Part shown: positions 8,366 to 17,951 of the stretch, piece after piece
Position numbering within the stretch: position 1 is the stretch's first letter
Layout: each line of letters starts with the position of its first letter
IMG/VR virus record: IMGVR_UViG_2974655058_000001
Coordinates: 7,652 to 71,651 of that record
From: a virus
Lineage: Duplodnaviria > Heunggongvirae > Uroviricota > Caudoviricetes > Demerecviridae
Strand: one strand, 5' to 3'
DNA: 64,000 nucleotides
Translations under genes and position numbers: made by a program
Notes under the pieces: model-generated
Databases searched by the model: none
Told to the model about the DNA's origin: nothing
The model's input: only the letters and a program-made list of their open reading frames with translations

Positions 8366-8655
8366 TTTTTCTTTAATTGCTTAACTTCACGCTCAAAGCT
8401 AGCTGCTCGGCGTTCTGCCACTGCTTGATGCTCCTTAGCAAAGCGTGCCTCTTGTTTTGCTAAGTTAAATGCCATAGCGTTCTTGTTAAGAGAATCGTAC
8501 ATCTTTTTCATTGCTGGGATGGACATTTTCATCAGTTGCCCCTCAAATCCTTGCATGTCGAGGAGAATTGCTAATACATTGGCCATTTCAGTCTTGGTAA
8601 GGTTAGAGGCGTCGAAGTCTTTAGTCATGTTTTCCATTAGAATTTCCTCTCTCAT
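8362..8655 (-). CDS. hypothetical protein
   Basis: ORF track; preceded by the conserved promoter module. Confidence 0.55.
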   Translation of the reverse strand: MREEILMENMTKDFDASNLTKTEMANVLAILLDMQGFEGQLMKMSIPAMKKMYDSLNKNAMAFNLAKQEARFAKEHQAVAERRAASFEREVKQLKKK

Positions 8656-8669
8656 TAATTTATGAACTT

Positions 8670-8698
8670 ATTATACAGAATTTTAAGGATTAAAGCAA
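8670..8698 (-). promoter_or_regulatory. sigma70 early promoter (conserved module)
   Basis: minus strand: TTGCTT-17-TATAAT followed by the ATAAATTAATGAGAGG leader. Confidence 0.6.
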
Positions 8699-8715
8699 CT
8701 GAATTTTTTAATTAC

Positions 8716-9147
8716 TTACCAATCGTTAACAACACCAGAGAACTCAGAAGCAAAAACTTTCTCAAATTTTTCTGCAATTTCAGGATGATCTTTACAGATT
8801 AACTCAATGCATGCTTCTGGAGTCATTCCTTCGTCTTCAGGATCACCGTAATATTTGTCCCAAAGATCATCAGGGATGATGTGCTCTGCCAAATCTTGGA
8901 AAGAGATTAACTGATAACGTTCTGCTTCCTCGGCGATAAGGATTTCACAAAGATCTTTATCTATATCACTACGGTAATCAGCAATTAGTAGGGCATTGCA
9001 AGCATGACACTCCCAAACCATCAAGCGTTCAGAAATAGGATTAGACTTATCCTGAACGTAGGACTGAAACAGGGTTCGGAAAGTAGCTTTAACTTGTTCA
9101 AACTTATCTGCTGCTGCGAAAACTAGGGCTTTATCAACTTTGTTCAT
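8716..9147 (-). CDS. hypothetical protein (143 aa)
   Basis: ORF track plus an upstream promoter module. Confidence 0.55.
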   Translation of the reverse strand: MNKVDKALVFAAADKFEQVKATFRTLFQSYVQDKSNPISERLMVWECHACNALLIADYRSDIDKDLCEILIAEEAERYQLISFQDLAEHIIPDDLWDKYYGDPEDEGMTPEACIELICKDHPEIAEKFEKVFASEFSGVVNDW

Positions 9148-9306
9148 TTTTATTCCTTCTCATCAATTTATAAAGTAATTATACAGAAACTTAGGCATTT
9201 TAGCAAATAAAACTTTTAATTAAAATGCCTAGTCCTGTACCAATAGCAATACAAATGATTATAAGTATTGCTACTGCTTGTATGATTCGTTTAATAATAG
9301 CCATGA

Positions 9307-9897
9307 TTAGACATTTATATCACCACGCAATACGGCAGCTACATCTTCCCCTATCTGTAATACTTCACCAGTAGTGCAGTTGACTACTCTATCATAGCTA
9401 GTAAACTTACCTGATACAATATCTTCTAGAGGGATAGGAGTTTTGCTCATTTCAAATGAGACATTGATGTAACGAGGGTCACGTAGAGAAGTAGCATGTG
9501 CGTGCCCGTGAATATTTAACTTGCCTCGAAGTTCGTTGGGGTGCAAAGGACAGTGAGATAACCAAAACTTTTTACCACCACCAGTCTGTTTACCTAGAGC
9601 CTGAATATCATCGTAAACTTCTACTAAATCTTTAATACAGAGTCCTTGACGTTCCGCATCGTGGTTGCCCATAATAAGTTGATTAGGAACATTGTGGATA
9701 ACCGACTTTAGCTTGGCCAAGCCTTCACGACCTACTGCAATGTCTCCTAACAAGATGAGTTTAGTACGTTTGCCAATGTGCTTGGAAAGGGTATCCAGAA
9801 TATACTCATCATGCTCTTTCATGTTCTTAAACCACGGGCGGAAACGTAGTGCTCCGGGATGGTCTAAGTGCAAATCTGACCAAAATTTAACTTTCAT
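9307..9897 (-). CDS. calcineurin-like metallophosphoesterase
   Basis: DLHLDH...GDIAVG...GNHD motifs. Confidence 0.7.
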   Translation of the reverse strand: MKVKFWSDLHLDHPGALRFRPWFKNMKEHDEYILDTLSKHIGKRTKLILLGDIAVGREGLAKLKSVIHNVPNQLIMGNHDAERQGLCIKDLVEVYDDIQALGKQTGGGKKFWLSHCPLHPNELRGKLNIHGHAHATSLRDPRYINVSFEMSKTPIPLEDIVSGKFTSYDRVVNCTTGEVLQIGEDVAAVLRGDINV

Positions 9898-10177
9898 TAT
9901 TCTTTCCTTTATTCAGAATAATATTATCAACCCAAGTGGTTAATACTCTAGCTTTAAAATCTTCGGGAGTTTCTGTTTTCTTAAAGGCCTCCTCATTAAG
10001 GAGGAAAATACTAAGTCTTGTTTCTACCTCTATCTCAGTAGGGGAGTCAAAACAAAAATTGGCTGATACTCCAGAGTACCATACTCCAGTATCCCCCTTA
10101 CTGAAGGCATTAACTAGTGCCCTCCAACGAAGGGCATCAAGATGTGTTGAACTTGATTGTTCTTGTTTACTATCCAT
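9887..10177 (-). CDS. hypothetical protein
   Basis: ORF track. Confidence 0.5.
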   Translation of the reverse strand: MDSKQEQSSSTHLDALRWRALVNAFSKGDTGVWYSGVSANFCFDSPTEIEVETRLSIFLLNEEAFKKTETPEDFKARVLTTWVDNIILNKGKNNES

Positions 10178-11040
10178 TAAAGAATCCTCTGTATGCCACA
10201 GCTATCTTCTCGAAGCGTGGTAAATGTTGTGATTTTCCCAGTTTCATCATTAACTTGCGCAACCGTCAACTGCCCGTTGAAGACACCGCCAGTATCTAGG
10301 TAAACACGATTCTGGTATAAAATAGGGTAAGGTACTCCGGTATGTCCGTGAAACACAAAGTCTACCCCACTAACTGGAGGTACTTCTACCATGTATTTTT
10401 CTTTAAATCCTGCATAACGCTGGAAATACGAGTGTTCCTCACCATTTTTGGACAAATGGAAGCCTATTTCTTGGATTACATCTCGATCCCATAAGTATGG
10501 TTCAACATGGTATCCAGGATGGTCATGTGGGTCTTCCTTAGCTGCTTCTACTTGTGCAATAAGGTTATCCCATACTGGGATTTCTACTTCGTTACCACAT
10601 TCTTTGTACGTAAAAGGTACACCACCATGAACAACACCATATTTCTTGCCACGATGCAGCACAGTCAGAAATACTGGAAGTTTTTCAGCCATGTCTTCGG
10701 CAATATTTTTAATGGTATCTGCATCTAGTTCATTCATAGCCCACATACCACCGTTATACATCCAGTTAGCCCAATCTCCCACAATCATAAACTGGTCATG
10801 ATTTCCACGAACGCTACAGAAACGTGGATTATATAAGAATTTAGCTAGAACTTGTAGGTTCTGCGTGCCTCGGTCAATTAAGTCACCAACACATACTACG
10901 CAATCTTTCTTGCCGTTATATCCAGCTAATTGTAGGGCATCTTCTAGCAAATCATTGCATCCATGAATATCGCCAACAAAGAATAAGTTAACATCATCAG
11001 GTACTACTAGTGTTTTATGCACATTAAATTCTTTTTTCAT
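10177..11040 (-). CDS. Ser/Thr protein phosphatase (PPP family, lambda-PPase-like)
   Basis: GDIHGC, GDLIDRG and GNHD motifs. Confidence 0.8.
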   Translation of the reverse strand: MKKEFNVHKTLVVPDDVNLFFVGDIHGCNDLLEDALQLAGYNGKKDCVVCVGDLIDRGTQNLQVLAKFLYNPRFCSVRGNHDQFMIVGDWANWMYNGGMWAMNELDADTIKNIAEDMAEKLPVFLTVLHRGKKYGVVHGGVPFTYKECGNEVEIPVWDNLIAQVEAAKEDPHDHPGYHVEPYLWDRDVIQEIGFHLSKNGEEHSYFQRYAGFKEKYMVEVPPVSGVDFVFHGHTGVPYPILYQNRVYLDTGGVFNGQLTVAQVNDETGKITTFTTLREDSCGIQRIL

Positions 11041-11042
11041 AA

Positions 11043-11288
11043 TTATTCCCAGATAACATTTAAAATAGTTGTGCCATATTCATTAGATAGTTGGAGAGTA
11101 TAACCCTCTTTATAGAGGGCTTTTATAGCTTCATAACTAATTTCGTCACGATTAAGCTGTACAAAAGAACCTCCAATCTCTACAGAAGATACTATCCTCC
11201 GCTTAACCCATCTATACGTTTTCTTTTGGCTCTTAAGGGACGCGGCTCTATTTATCCTAGCTAAACGTTTTGCTTGTTCCGCTAACAT
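11043..11288 (-). CDS. hypothetical protein
   Basis: ORF track. Confidence 0.5.
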   Translation of the reverse strand: MLAEQAKRLARINRAASLKSQKKTYRWVKRRIVSSVEIGGSFVQLNRDEISYEAIKALYKEGYTLQLSNEYGTTILNVIWE

Positions 11289-11292
11289 TTAA

Positions 11293-11670
11293 TTATCTCC
11301 AATGGTTAGTATGTTTTTCAGCCTCTTCATCATTAGGCTCAAATACTACGTGGCAATCTACAGCTTCCCAAAAGGCTTCACGGATTAAGGAGTTTTTAGC
11401 TGAGATATCTAACTCTTCCCACTCCTCCAAAGTCTCTAAGTCTGTATCAACTTCGGTATCACAGCCAACCAAACCCAGAGACACAACAAGAGTAAGACGA
11501 TCTCCACGTTCTTCGGGATAAACCTCAGCATACTCCCAAGCAGCTTCTTCAACATAATATTGTTGTTCCTTTTCTGGAAGTGACTTATACTTTTCCTCTG
11601 TAATACCCATCTCAACAGCGCGAGTACCACAAACTACGTTATTATTAATAATTAGATATGCATAGTTCAT
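11293..11670 (-). CDS. acidic hypothetical protein
   Basis: ORF track. Confidence 0.5.
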   Translation of the reverse strand: MNYAYLIINNNVVCGTRAVEMGITEEKYKSLPEKEQQYYVEEAAWEYAEVYPEERGDRLTLVVSLGLVGCDTEVDTDLETLEEWEELDISAKNSLIREAFWEAVDCHVVFEPNDEEAEKHTNHWR

Positions 11671-11764
11671 TGGAATACTCCTATTTCTTGTAGTGCGTAG
11701 ATAGCCTTCTCATCAATTTATATAAGTATTATACCAAAATTTTTAGCAAAAAGCAAGTAAAATA

Positions 11765-11797
11765 AAAGCCTGATCCGCTAAGATCAGGCTTGGTTTA
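11765..11797 (-). terminator. rho-independent terminator (minus strand)
   Basis: AGCCTGATC...GATCAGGCT stem followed by TTTTATTTT. Confidence 0.6.
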
Positions 11798-12088
11798 TTA
11801 ATCCTCTGGATTATCATCCAGGAAATTTTTAATAGCTTCGTGCATAGTTTCTTTACGAAGCTGACGTCCAATCAAAATATGGTTAGCTTCTACTCGACCA
11901 TTAGGTAAGCGATCCGCCAGAACTACTACAGGAACTTGGCGTACACCAAATTTCTGCATTAATTCTGTATTATCAGTCTCTTTATGGATTTCCAAATTAT
12001 AGTCATTGACTACTTTATCAAATACTGGCTCAAACATTTTGCAGGGATTGCAAGTAGAACCTTTCAATAGGTATACTAATTTACTCAT
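11798..12088 (-). CDS. thioredoxin
   Basis: CNPC active site, CKMFEP and VPVVVL resemble Trx WCGPCKMIAP. Confidence 0.75.
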   Translation of the reverse strand: MSKLVYLLKGSTCNPCKMFEPVFDKVVNDYNLEIHKETDNTELMQKFGVRQVPVVVLADRLPNGRVEANHILIGRQLRKETMHEAIKNFLDDNPED

Positions 12089-12512
12089 AGTTATTAATGG
12101 CCTCTAAGAAGTTTTTCATAGTTTTTACGGTTGCGGTGCTCAGATCAAGATTTACACCCAAACACTCGGTTAATGCTTCCTGATAAGGAGCCTTTAATCT
12201 GCCTTCTGGGACTTCTACCTTCTTATATTCTTTATTTTTGACCTTTTTAATCATAGTCTCTAGTACAAGAAGTGGTAATTTAGCACCTTCAATATCAGTA
12301 CCCAAAAGTTCAGTTAAAATTTTATTAAGATCAAGACGAGTTAACTTTTTGCCTTTAGACATAGGAGCACCTACCTTTGTATCAATAGATTTTTCCGCTT
12401 TCTTTTCGAGCTTTTTGTACTCAGGAGAGTCATGATCGCGGAGTGCAATGTTTAGCTCGTAATGTGGTATACGAAAATGTTCCGCCATTTGAGTGTAGAA
12501 ACGATCAGACAT
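12081..12512 (-). CDS. hypothetical protein
   Basis: ORF track. Confidence 0.5.
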   Translation of the reverse strand: MSDRFYTQMAEHFRIPHYELNIALRDHDSPEYKKLEKKAEKSIDTKVGAPMSKGKKLTRLDLNKILTELLGTDIEGAKLPLLVLETMIKKVKNKEYKKVEVPEGRLKAPYQEALTECLGVNLDLSTATVKTMKNFLEAINNYE

Positions 12513-12587
12513 AATATATACCTCTCTTAACTAATTTATGTATATATTATATAATAACTAGGGCTAAAAGTCAACTACTTTTTTATC

Positions 12588-13004
12588 TTAATCTACTGCA
12601 TGTATAAATCTTTTCCTAACTAGATACATAGTTATTGGGTAAATTGAGTACATAAGTATCGGGGAGAAAAGGGTGAAATACGCTGTAACTCCCCCAGCTA
12701 ACATCAAAGGTATTAATGCTAGAGTAAGGGCCATAAGAATCATACCGAATGAAACAGCCAAAGCTATGGATATAGGATTCTCTAGTTCCATCCATAACCA
12801 ACAATATTTCGTATCTCTATGGCAATTGCATTTACAAACGCCGAATGAACCCATAATTATATACTCTAGTCCGTGAATAACCTTTATTAATAAGCTATTT
12901 CGGGTAGTTAATGCAACGATAGTAAAGACTATCATTAAAACGAATACTACTAGACTTATTTTCCAGATACCTAGTAGCATCATAGTGAATAGTTCTGCAA
13001 ACAT
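12588..13004 (-). CDS. multi-pass membrane protein downstream of the endolysin
   Basis: 4-5 hydrophobic helices. Confidence 0.5.
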   Translation of the reverse strand: MFAELFTMMLLGIWKISLVVFVLMIVFTIVALTTRNSLLIKVIHGLEYIIMGSFGVCKCNCHRDTKYCWLWMELENPISIALAVSFGMILMALTLALIPLMLAGGVTAYFTLFSPILMYSIYPITMYLVRKRFIHAVD

Positions 13005-13081
13005 GGCTTTCTCCTATCTTCAAAAGTTATTAAAGCCCCCTTTGCCTAAAAAGGCGGGAATATTCCCGCCTCAGTTATTAA

Positions 13082-13495
13082 TTAAACTAGTTCGACATGA
13101 CCGCCATCATAGGTACCACGTTTTATTTCATCGTGATAATCTCCCGAAGCATTCCAATCAGCACCAAAACGAAGTTTAATGCCTAGTTCTTTACCTGCTT
13201 GTTCAAAAGCCTTTTTAACTGCCCAAAATGCTTCTAAATCATTCCAATCAATCTTACCATTAATGTATGGAGCAAAATCAAGAGCATCCCCAGTAATATG
13301 CTTGCTTTTACTAGGATCTTTTAAGAATGAAGTACCATTAGCAATATTCTGGGCACTTTGTGCTACTGTACGAATACCCTGTACGATCGTGAAATCATAA
13401 GGAGATAATTCTAAAGCTCTACGAGCTACTTTTTGTAGCTCTGGCTTAACGGTAGCTAATTGTTTTTCGCTATTTTTACCAAATTTAAAACTCAT
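13082..13495 (-). CDS. endolysin, peptidase M15 (L-alanyl-D-glutamate peptidase-like)
   Basis: VanY/M15 H..D..H signature (HITGDALDF...DGGHVE); T5 Lys is of this class. Confidence 0.8.
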   Translation of the reverse strand: MSFKFGKNSEKQLATVKPELQKVARRALELSPYDFTIVQGIRTVAQSAQNIANGTSFLKDPSKSKHITGDALDFAPYINGKIDWNDLEAFWAVKKAFEQAGKELGIKLRFGADWNASGDYHDEIKRGTYDGGHVELV

Positions 13496-14148
13496 ATTGA
13501 TCTACCTAAAGATCTCTGTTGTGGGGAACAGAGCTTTGTTAAATACTCGTTAAATTTCTCAGAATCGGCTGCATCTACAGGATTATCTTTCCAAGCAATA
13601 CCAATATATCCAGCATAGATATTGTTTAGATTGAAGTACGGACAAGTGTATATGTAATTAAAAGTAACGTTCTTAAACGCAGGTATATTTAACCCCATGT
13701 ATTTATTTACTTTTACACTTAAATCCGATGCGTAGTTAAAGCCGTCTAAGTGACGTCTATATAGCTCAGACGTCTTATTTACCGCTTTATCGGCCAAGTC
13801 AGCCCTATCTAATTGCGCATTGCTTTCCCATGCAATAATGTTAGAATAATCATTAATGGCATCGGGTTTATACTTGACTACAAAAACAGCATCCGCACCC
13901 GTTTGGGAAAAAAGCACCATGCTCTTTTCTCTAGCTACGTTAGGAAAATTACTTATCCTTTGAGTTTGAACATCCTGTAGAACCGCAGACGTGGAGAAAG
14001 TCTTTAAGAACGACATCACTTCACTAGTATTACTAACAAATAAGAAAATAATGACAGCAACTAAGATAGTTAGCAGACGTTTAAGAAGCGATGCTGGATC
14101 TTTCGCTTCTTGGAGCAGTACCGTTAATAATTGTAAGAACTTTTCCAA
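13492..14148 (-). CDS. putative holin (218 aa, N-terminal TM), translationally coupled to the endolysin
   Basis: ATGA overlap with the endolysin gene; single TM near the N-terminus. Confidence 0.5.
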   Translation of the reverse strand: MEKFLQLLTVLLQEAKDPASLLKRLLTILVAVIIFLFVSNTSEVMSFLKTFSTSAVLQDVQTQRISNFPNVAREKSMVLFSQTGADAVFVVKYKPDAINDYSNIIAWESNAQLDRADLADKAVNKTSELYRRHLDGFNYASDLSVKVNKYMGLNIPAFKNVTFNYIYTCPYFNLNNIYAGYIGIAWKDNPVDAADSEKFNEYLTKLCSPQQRSLGRSI

Positions 14149-14266
14149 TTGTAACCTCCTCTAACCAGTACCATTATACTAATTTTGGAGGAAAATTACA
14201 ATGTGTTTTTAAAGATCACTTCTGGAGCATAAAATTTTGTCGTTGTCAAGAAGAATTTTAGATAAA

Positions 14267-14300
14267 AGAAAAGCCAGGGTCGTTAAACCCTGGCTTAAAA
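14267..14300 (-). terminator. rho-independent terminator (minus strand)
   Basis: AGCCAGGG...CCCTGGCT stem followed by TTTCTTTT. Confidence 0.6.
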
Positions 14301-14304
14301 TTAC

Positions 14305-14904
14305 TTACTCTTCGTTATGCTCCTCGGATTGAGGTAACTGGGCTTTATTATATTGCTCAGATCGATATTTTGCCAAGATTTCAATACGCTTATGGATTTC
14401 TTTGCTATCTAGATAGATATTTTTGTTGTCTTTTACCATCTCGTCGATTTCGTCTATAGAGAAGAACGGATAGTAGACATCTAGCATCATATCTTCTACG
14501 AACTTGTTGTAAGATTCATAGGCTTTCTTGATTTCTTGACCCTTCTCACAGAATCCGCCAGAGAACGTGTGTCCCATTAGCGTAGCATGTGGATGTACTA
14601 CCCATCCATGACAGGATAGGAAAATTGTGCAGTAAGCAGAAGCACTAGGACCAATCAGGTGTCCTATAACTGTTCCACGGCAATTAGCAATTAAGTTAGA
14701 TAACTGTGCAGCAGTATCAACATAACCACCAGGGCCATTAATCATCAGATTAATTTCGTCGTCCTCATTTGCTTGCATAAGCACCATTGATAAATCACGG
14801 TATTCATCCGGCGGGCCTAATTCTTCATCAAAGAAAAAGGTATACTCATTAGATTGGCGAATGGAGTGAAACAGGTTAGTCTTTTCTTCTTTTTTATTAG
14901 TCAT
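14305..14904 (-). CDS. ClpP-like serine protease
   Basis: INGPGGYVDTAAQLSN resembles the ClpP INSPGG motif. Confidence 0.65.
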   Translation of the reverse strand: MTNKKEEKTNLFHSIRQSNEYTFFFDEELGPPDEYRDLSMVLMQANEDDEINLMINGPGGYVDTAAQLSNLIANCRGTVIGHLIGPSASAYCTIFLSCHGWVVHPHATLMGHTFSGGFCEKGQEIKKAYESYNKFVEDMMLDVYYPFFSIDEIDEMVKDNKNIYLDSKEIHKRIEILAKYRSEQYNKAQLPQSEEHNEE

Positions 14905-14916
14905 AGCGATCCTTGA

Positions 14917-15669
14917 TTATCCAACTAGTGGTTCTAGCTCTAAGTCACAGAAGTTATAAACTTCTAGTTTAAGGTTATTGATACCATCGAATTTATTAAC
15001 TAATTCGTGAGTAATATATTTTGCAGGAATACCACTTTCAGATGGATGATCTGATTTAATAGTGAACTTCTGCTCAGCGGGTACTACATTTACTATCAAA
15101 GAAGCCATATCTAAATGGTTTGTTTCTCTGAGTAACTCTCCTTCATTGGGGAATCTAACATCTGTTATTACGGCGACATCTGGGTCGTCTTTAGCGATGG
15201 ATTGCTCCAGAATTATGAGCCAAATGCGTTCATGTACCAGCTGCCTTCCTAGCTCTGTTCCTACGAGCTGTAACATTTTTCTCGGAGAAATAAATAAACT
15301 ATAAAGTCCGTCTTCTTTATTCTCTGAGATAAGTTGTTGAGGATTAAGATATTTTTCCTCAAAAATCGGCCAAACGTACGAGAAGTCTTCAAACTTATCG
15401 ATACCGTATTTAAACCATACGTCTCTAGCTCGCTCCAATTGAGATTGTGTGACCGTAAACCATTGGTCAATCTCTTTTCCCCTGCGCTCTCCTAGAAACT
15501 CTGGAGTTACACCGAGGATTACGGATGCAAGTTCATAAACGGGCTTAGCAAAACTATAACGACGGGCTAAATACATTGGATACGTGTCATTACACCAATC
15601 GATAATTAATTTTGCAACGGTATCTTTTCCCGAACCAGCTTCACCATGTAAACCGACTAATACTGACAT
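14917..15669 (-). CDS. deoxynucleoside monophosphate kinase-like P-loop protein
   Basis: GEAGSGKDT Walker A; size and context like a phage dNMP kinase. Confidence 0.55.
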   Translation of the reverse strand: MSVLVGLHGEAGSGKDTVAKLIIDWCNDTYPMYLARRYSFAKPVYELASVILGVTPEFLGERRGKEIDQWFTVTQSQLERARDVWFKYGIDKFEDFSYVWPIFEEKYLNPQQLISENKEDGLYSLFISPRKMLQLVGTELGRQLVHERIWLIILEQSIAKDDPDVAVITDVRFPNEGELLRETNHLDMASLIVNVVPAEQKFTIKSDHPSESGIPAKYITHELVNKFDGINNLKLEVYNFCDLELEPLVG

Positions 15670-16022
15670 TAATCTTTCCTATTGTTAATTGGTGGATAAT
15701 ATACTAAACAACGTTTTTCTTGCAAATCTTGGCGGTAGAAGCAAACCATACTTGTCAGTCGTGAGATATATGAATATTCTGCCTCACGGCATTTTGCCAA
15801 CATATTCCAATCTTTATATGGTACGACTACTACTACGCCATCTTCTCCATTTGTAGCTAATTTCTTTTCAAACTTAAAGTCAAAGCTACAAGGTTGAAGC
15901 CCTTTAGGCCAGTCCACATGAGCTGTTGGTAGTTCATGTGTAGGTTCTGGCTTTATTTCCTGTGCACAGCCTGTGATTGTGATTGCGGCTGCGAGCAGTA
16001 TTCCAAGTTTCCAGTTAAACAT
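15669..16022 (-). CDS. outer-membrane lipoprotein (o-spanin candidate)
   Basis: signal peptide plus ITGC lipobox; overlaps the upstream TM/coiled-coil gene. Confidence 0.55.
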   Translation of the reverse strand: MFNWKLGILLAAAITITGCAQEIKPEPTHELPTAHVDWPKGLQPCSFDFKFEKKLATNGEDGVVVVVPYKDWNMLAKCREAEYSYISRLTSMVCFYRQDLQEKRCLVYYPPINNRKD

Positions 16023-16402
16023 GCTAATCTTTCCTCGAACTCCTTACTCTGCTTTTTAGCAATTAATGTTACCAATCCAGGCTTTGCAGCTATAATGTCT
16101 TGACGACTAAGTGCTTTATCAAGCTGACTAATTTTCTTATCTAGATCTGCTTGGGAAACATTATTCATTGTGAAATACTGATTCATACGAGTCTCACGAA
16201 GTTCACTCTCAGCTTTCACCTTGTTAAGGGAAGTCTCTAGAGAAGAGATCTTTTTAGTAGCTACCGCAAGATCTCCCGCCAAAGTCTCCACTTTATTTAT
16301 TAAGTGATAAGCACCGAACCCGATGCCTATCGCTAGACCTGCTCCCAGGATATACCACTTACCGCGCCATATTCCTGAAAGAAGTTTTTGTATCAAATCC
16401 AT
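15953..16402 (-). CDS. i-spanin candidate (N-terminal TM, periplasmic coiled coil)
   Basis: TM helix then coiled coil; overlapped arrangement with the lipoprotein gene. Confidence 0.5.
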   Translation of the reverse strand: MDLIQKLLSGIWRGKWYILGAGLAIGIGFGAYHLINKVETLAGDLAVATKKISSLETSLNKVKAESELRETRMNQYFTMNNVSQADLDKKISQLDKALSRQDIIAAKPGLVTLIAKKQSKEFEERLACLTGNLEYCSQPQSQSQAVHRK

Positions 16403-17057
16403 GCGCTGCTAACCTGTCTTTATCTGATACTTTAATCATATCAGGCTCACCAGTTCCTAGTACACCGAAGATATACTGTTCGAGAACTTGGTGTAAACGG
16501 TATAAGTTACTTTCAATTTCCTGCCACGGAATACCGGACTGATGGAAACGAATGTTAGTCTGAATTACGAAGTTACGAACATCATCGTTATCGTTCTTTT
16601 TAATACCTTTCACATATGCAATCGGTACACGCAGTTCGGATAAGATACGTTCTGCTTTAGGTTTTGCTTCAGCTAGCAGATCACGCATTGTTTCACGAAC
16701 ATCTCCACGACTCTTATCCATTAAGTAAGAGCGAGCATGTAATCCCATCTCTTCCATTTTATCGAACATAGTGTCGAGATTAAACGTTTTGAAGCTAAAT
16801 GCTGGATGCCAGCAGTACAGCTCGTGTAACCAGTAAACTTCACCTGCAACAAATAGGGGGTTTACGAAGTATTCGAAATCACCACGGAAAGATAGCGAAC
16901 CATCACGAAATACCTGGCGAGTATGCACAATGTTCTTTTCTGCATCATCGGTTACTTTAACCAGTAACTCCTCAGTTTTACGTTCCCACACACGATCTGG
17001 GTCGAACAAACTGTTCTGCAAATCATACACATCGGCGAACTTAGAAATAATCCTCAT
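16359..17057 (-). CDS. hypothetical protein (232 aa)
   Basis: ORF track. Confidence 0.55.
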   Translation of the reverse strand: MRIISKFADVYDLQNSLFDPDRVWERKTEELLVKVTDDAEKNIVHTRQVFRDGSLSFRGDFEYFVNPLFVAGEVYWLHELYCWHPAFSFKTFNLDTMFDKMEEMGLHARSYLMDKSRGDVRETMRDLLAEAKPKAERILSELRVPIAYVKGIKKNDNDDVRNFVIQTNIRFHQSGIPWQEIESNLYRLHQVLEQYIFGVLGTGEPDMIKVSDKDRLAAHGFDTKTSFRNMAR

Positions 17058-17138
17058 ATTTAATCCTCTTGCCTCAATCTATAAACATATTATACAAAAG
17101 TTTGGGCATCTAAGCAACTAAAATTTTATTATAAAAAT

Positions 17139-17175
17139 AGCCCAGTCGCAAAAGTGCAGGCTGGGCTTTGTCATT
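17139..17175. terminator. bidirectional terminator hairpin
   Basis: AGCCCAG...CTGGGCT stem flanked by T-runs. Confidence 0.55.
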
Positions 17176-17211
17176 ATTTGCTTTTGCTAGTAAGTTGATT
17201 TAGTATCAATC

Positions 17212-17592
17212 TTATGTAATATTAGTTTCTCTAGCTTTACGTAGTACCCCTGCATTTCTCCACAATTTGATGTCAGCAACTGTTTCTTTATATGGAGCAA
17301 TGGTAGGACCAATTGGGCCAGCAACTAATAGCCCAAAGAACCCTACAATACGCATGTAGAACAAGCATTCTTTGGCTGTCATATTATTTACTGCTTTTTT
17401 CTGCTTTTCATCTTTAAACTTCTGTTCTTGATCATCAATACGTAGATACTTAATAAACCATTCAGCAGAATATTCGTCCAAATGTCTAATAATAGCTATC
17501 GCATATCCAGCACCGATTAAAAACCAAGTTGTAACAAGAATTAGTAATATAGTCATATTATCTCCAGTTAGGGCTAGCAGCCACCTCACCAC
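17212..17592 (-). CDS. membrane protein
   Basis: hydrophobic helices; the start is possibly the internal MTILLIL. Confidence 0.5.
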   Translation of the reverse strand: MVRWLLALTGDNMTILLILVTTWFLIGAGYAIAIIRHLDEYSAEWFIKYLRIDDQEQKFKDEKQKKAVNNMTAKECLFYMRIVGFFGLLVAGPIGPTIAPYKETVADIKLWRNAGVLRKARETNIT

Positions 17593-17666
17593 TTACCGCA
17601 CTAAGGGGCACGACTCCCTTATCCGTAACAGTTGCAGGTGACGCAACTCGGTCCTACGCGAGTTCT

Positions 17667-17951
17667 TTAATTATTCTGCATTTCTGCTTTAAATTTTTTC
17701 ATATTACGAGTTTTTCGGTAATAGAAAAATACAGATGCTGGTCCTAGCAGAATATCCATAATAAATATCACAGACATACCACATCTTAATAGTGTTTTAT
17801 CATCAAGAGGTGCTAGATCTAGTGGACGTGTTTTATGTATAACATATAAAAGTACATCTTTGTTCTTAGAGATATACAGATCATCAATCAAGCTGTAAAT
17901 AGCTACTATGGATCCAATGACGAACCAAAGAGCAAAGGGAGAGATAATCAT
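17667..17951 (-). CDS. membrane protein
   Basis: hydrophobic helices. Confidence 0.5.
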   Translation of the reverse strand: MIISPFALWFVIGSIVAIYSLIDDLYISKNKDVLLYVIHKTRPLDLAPLDDKTLLRCGMSVIFIMDILLGPASVFFYYRKTRNMKKFKAEMQNN

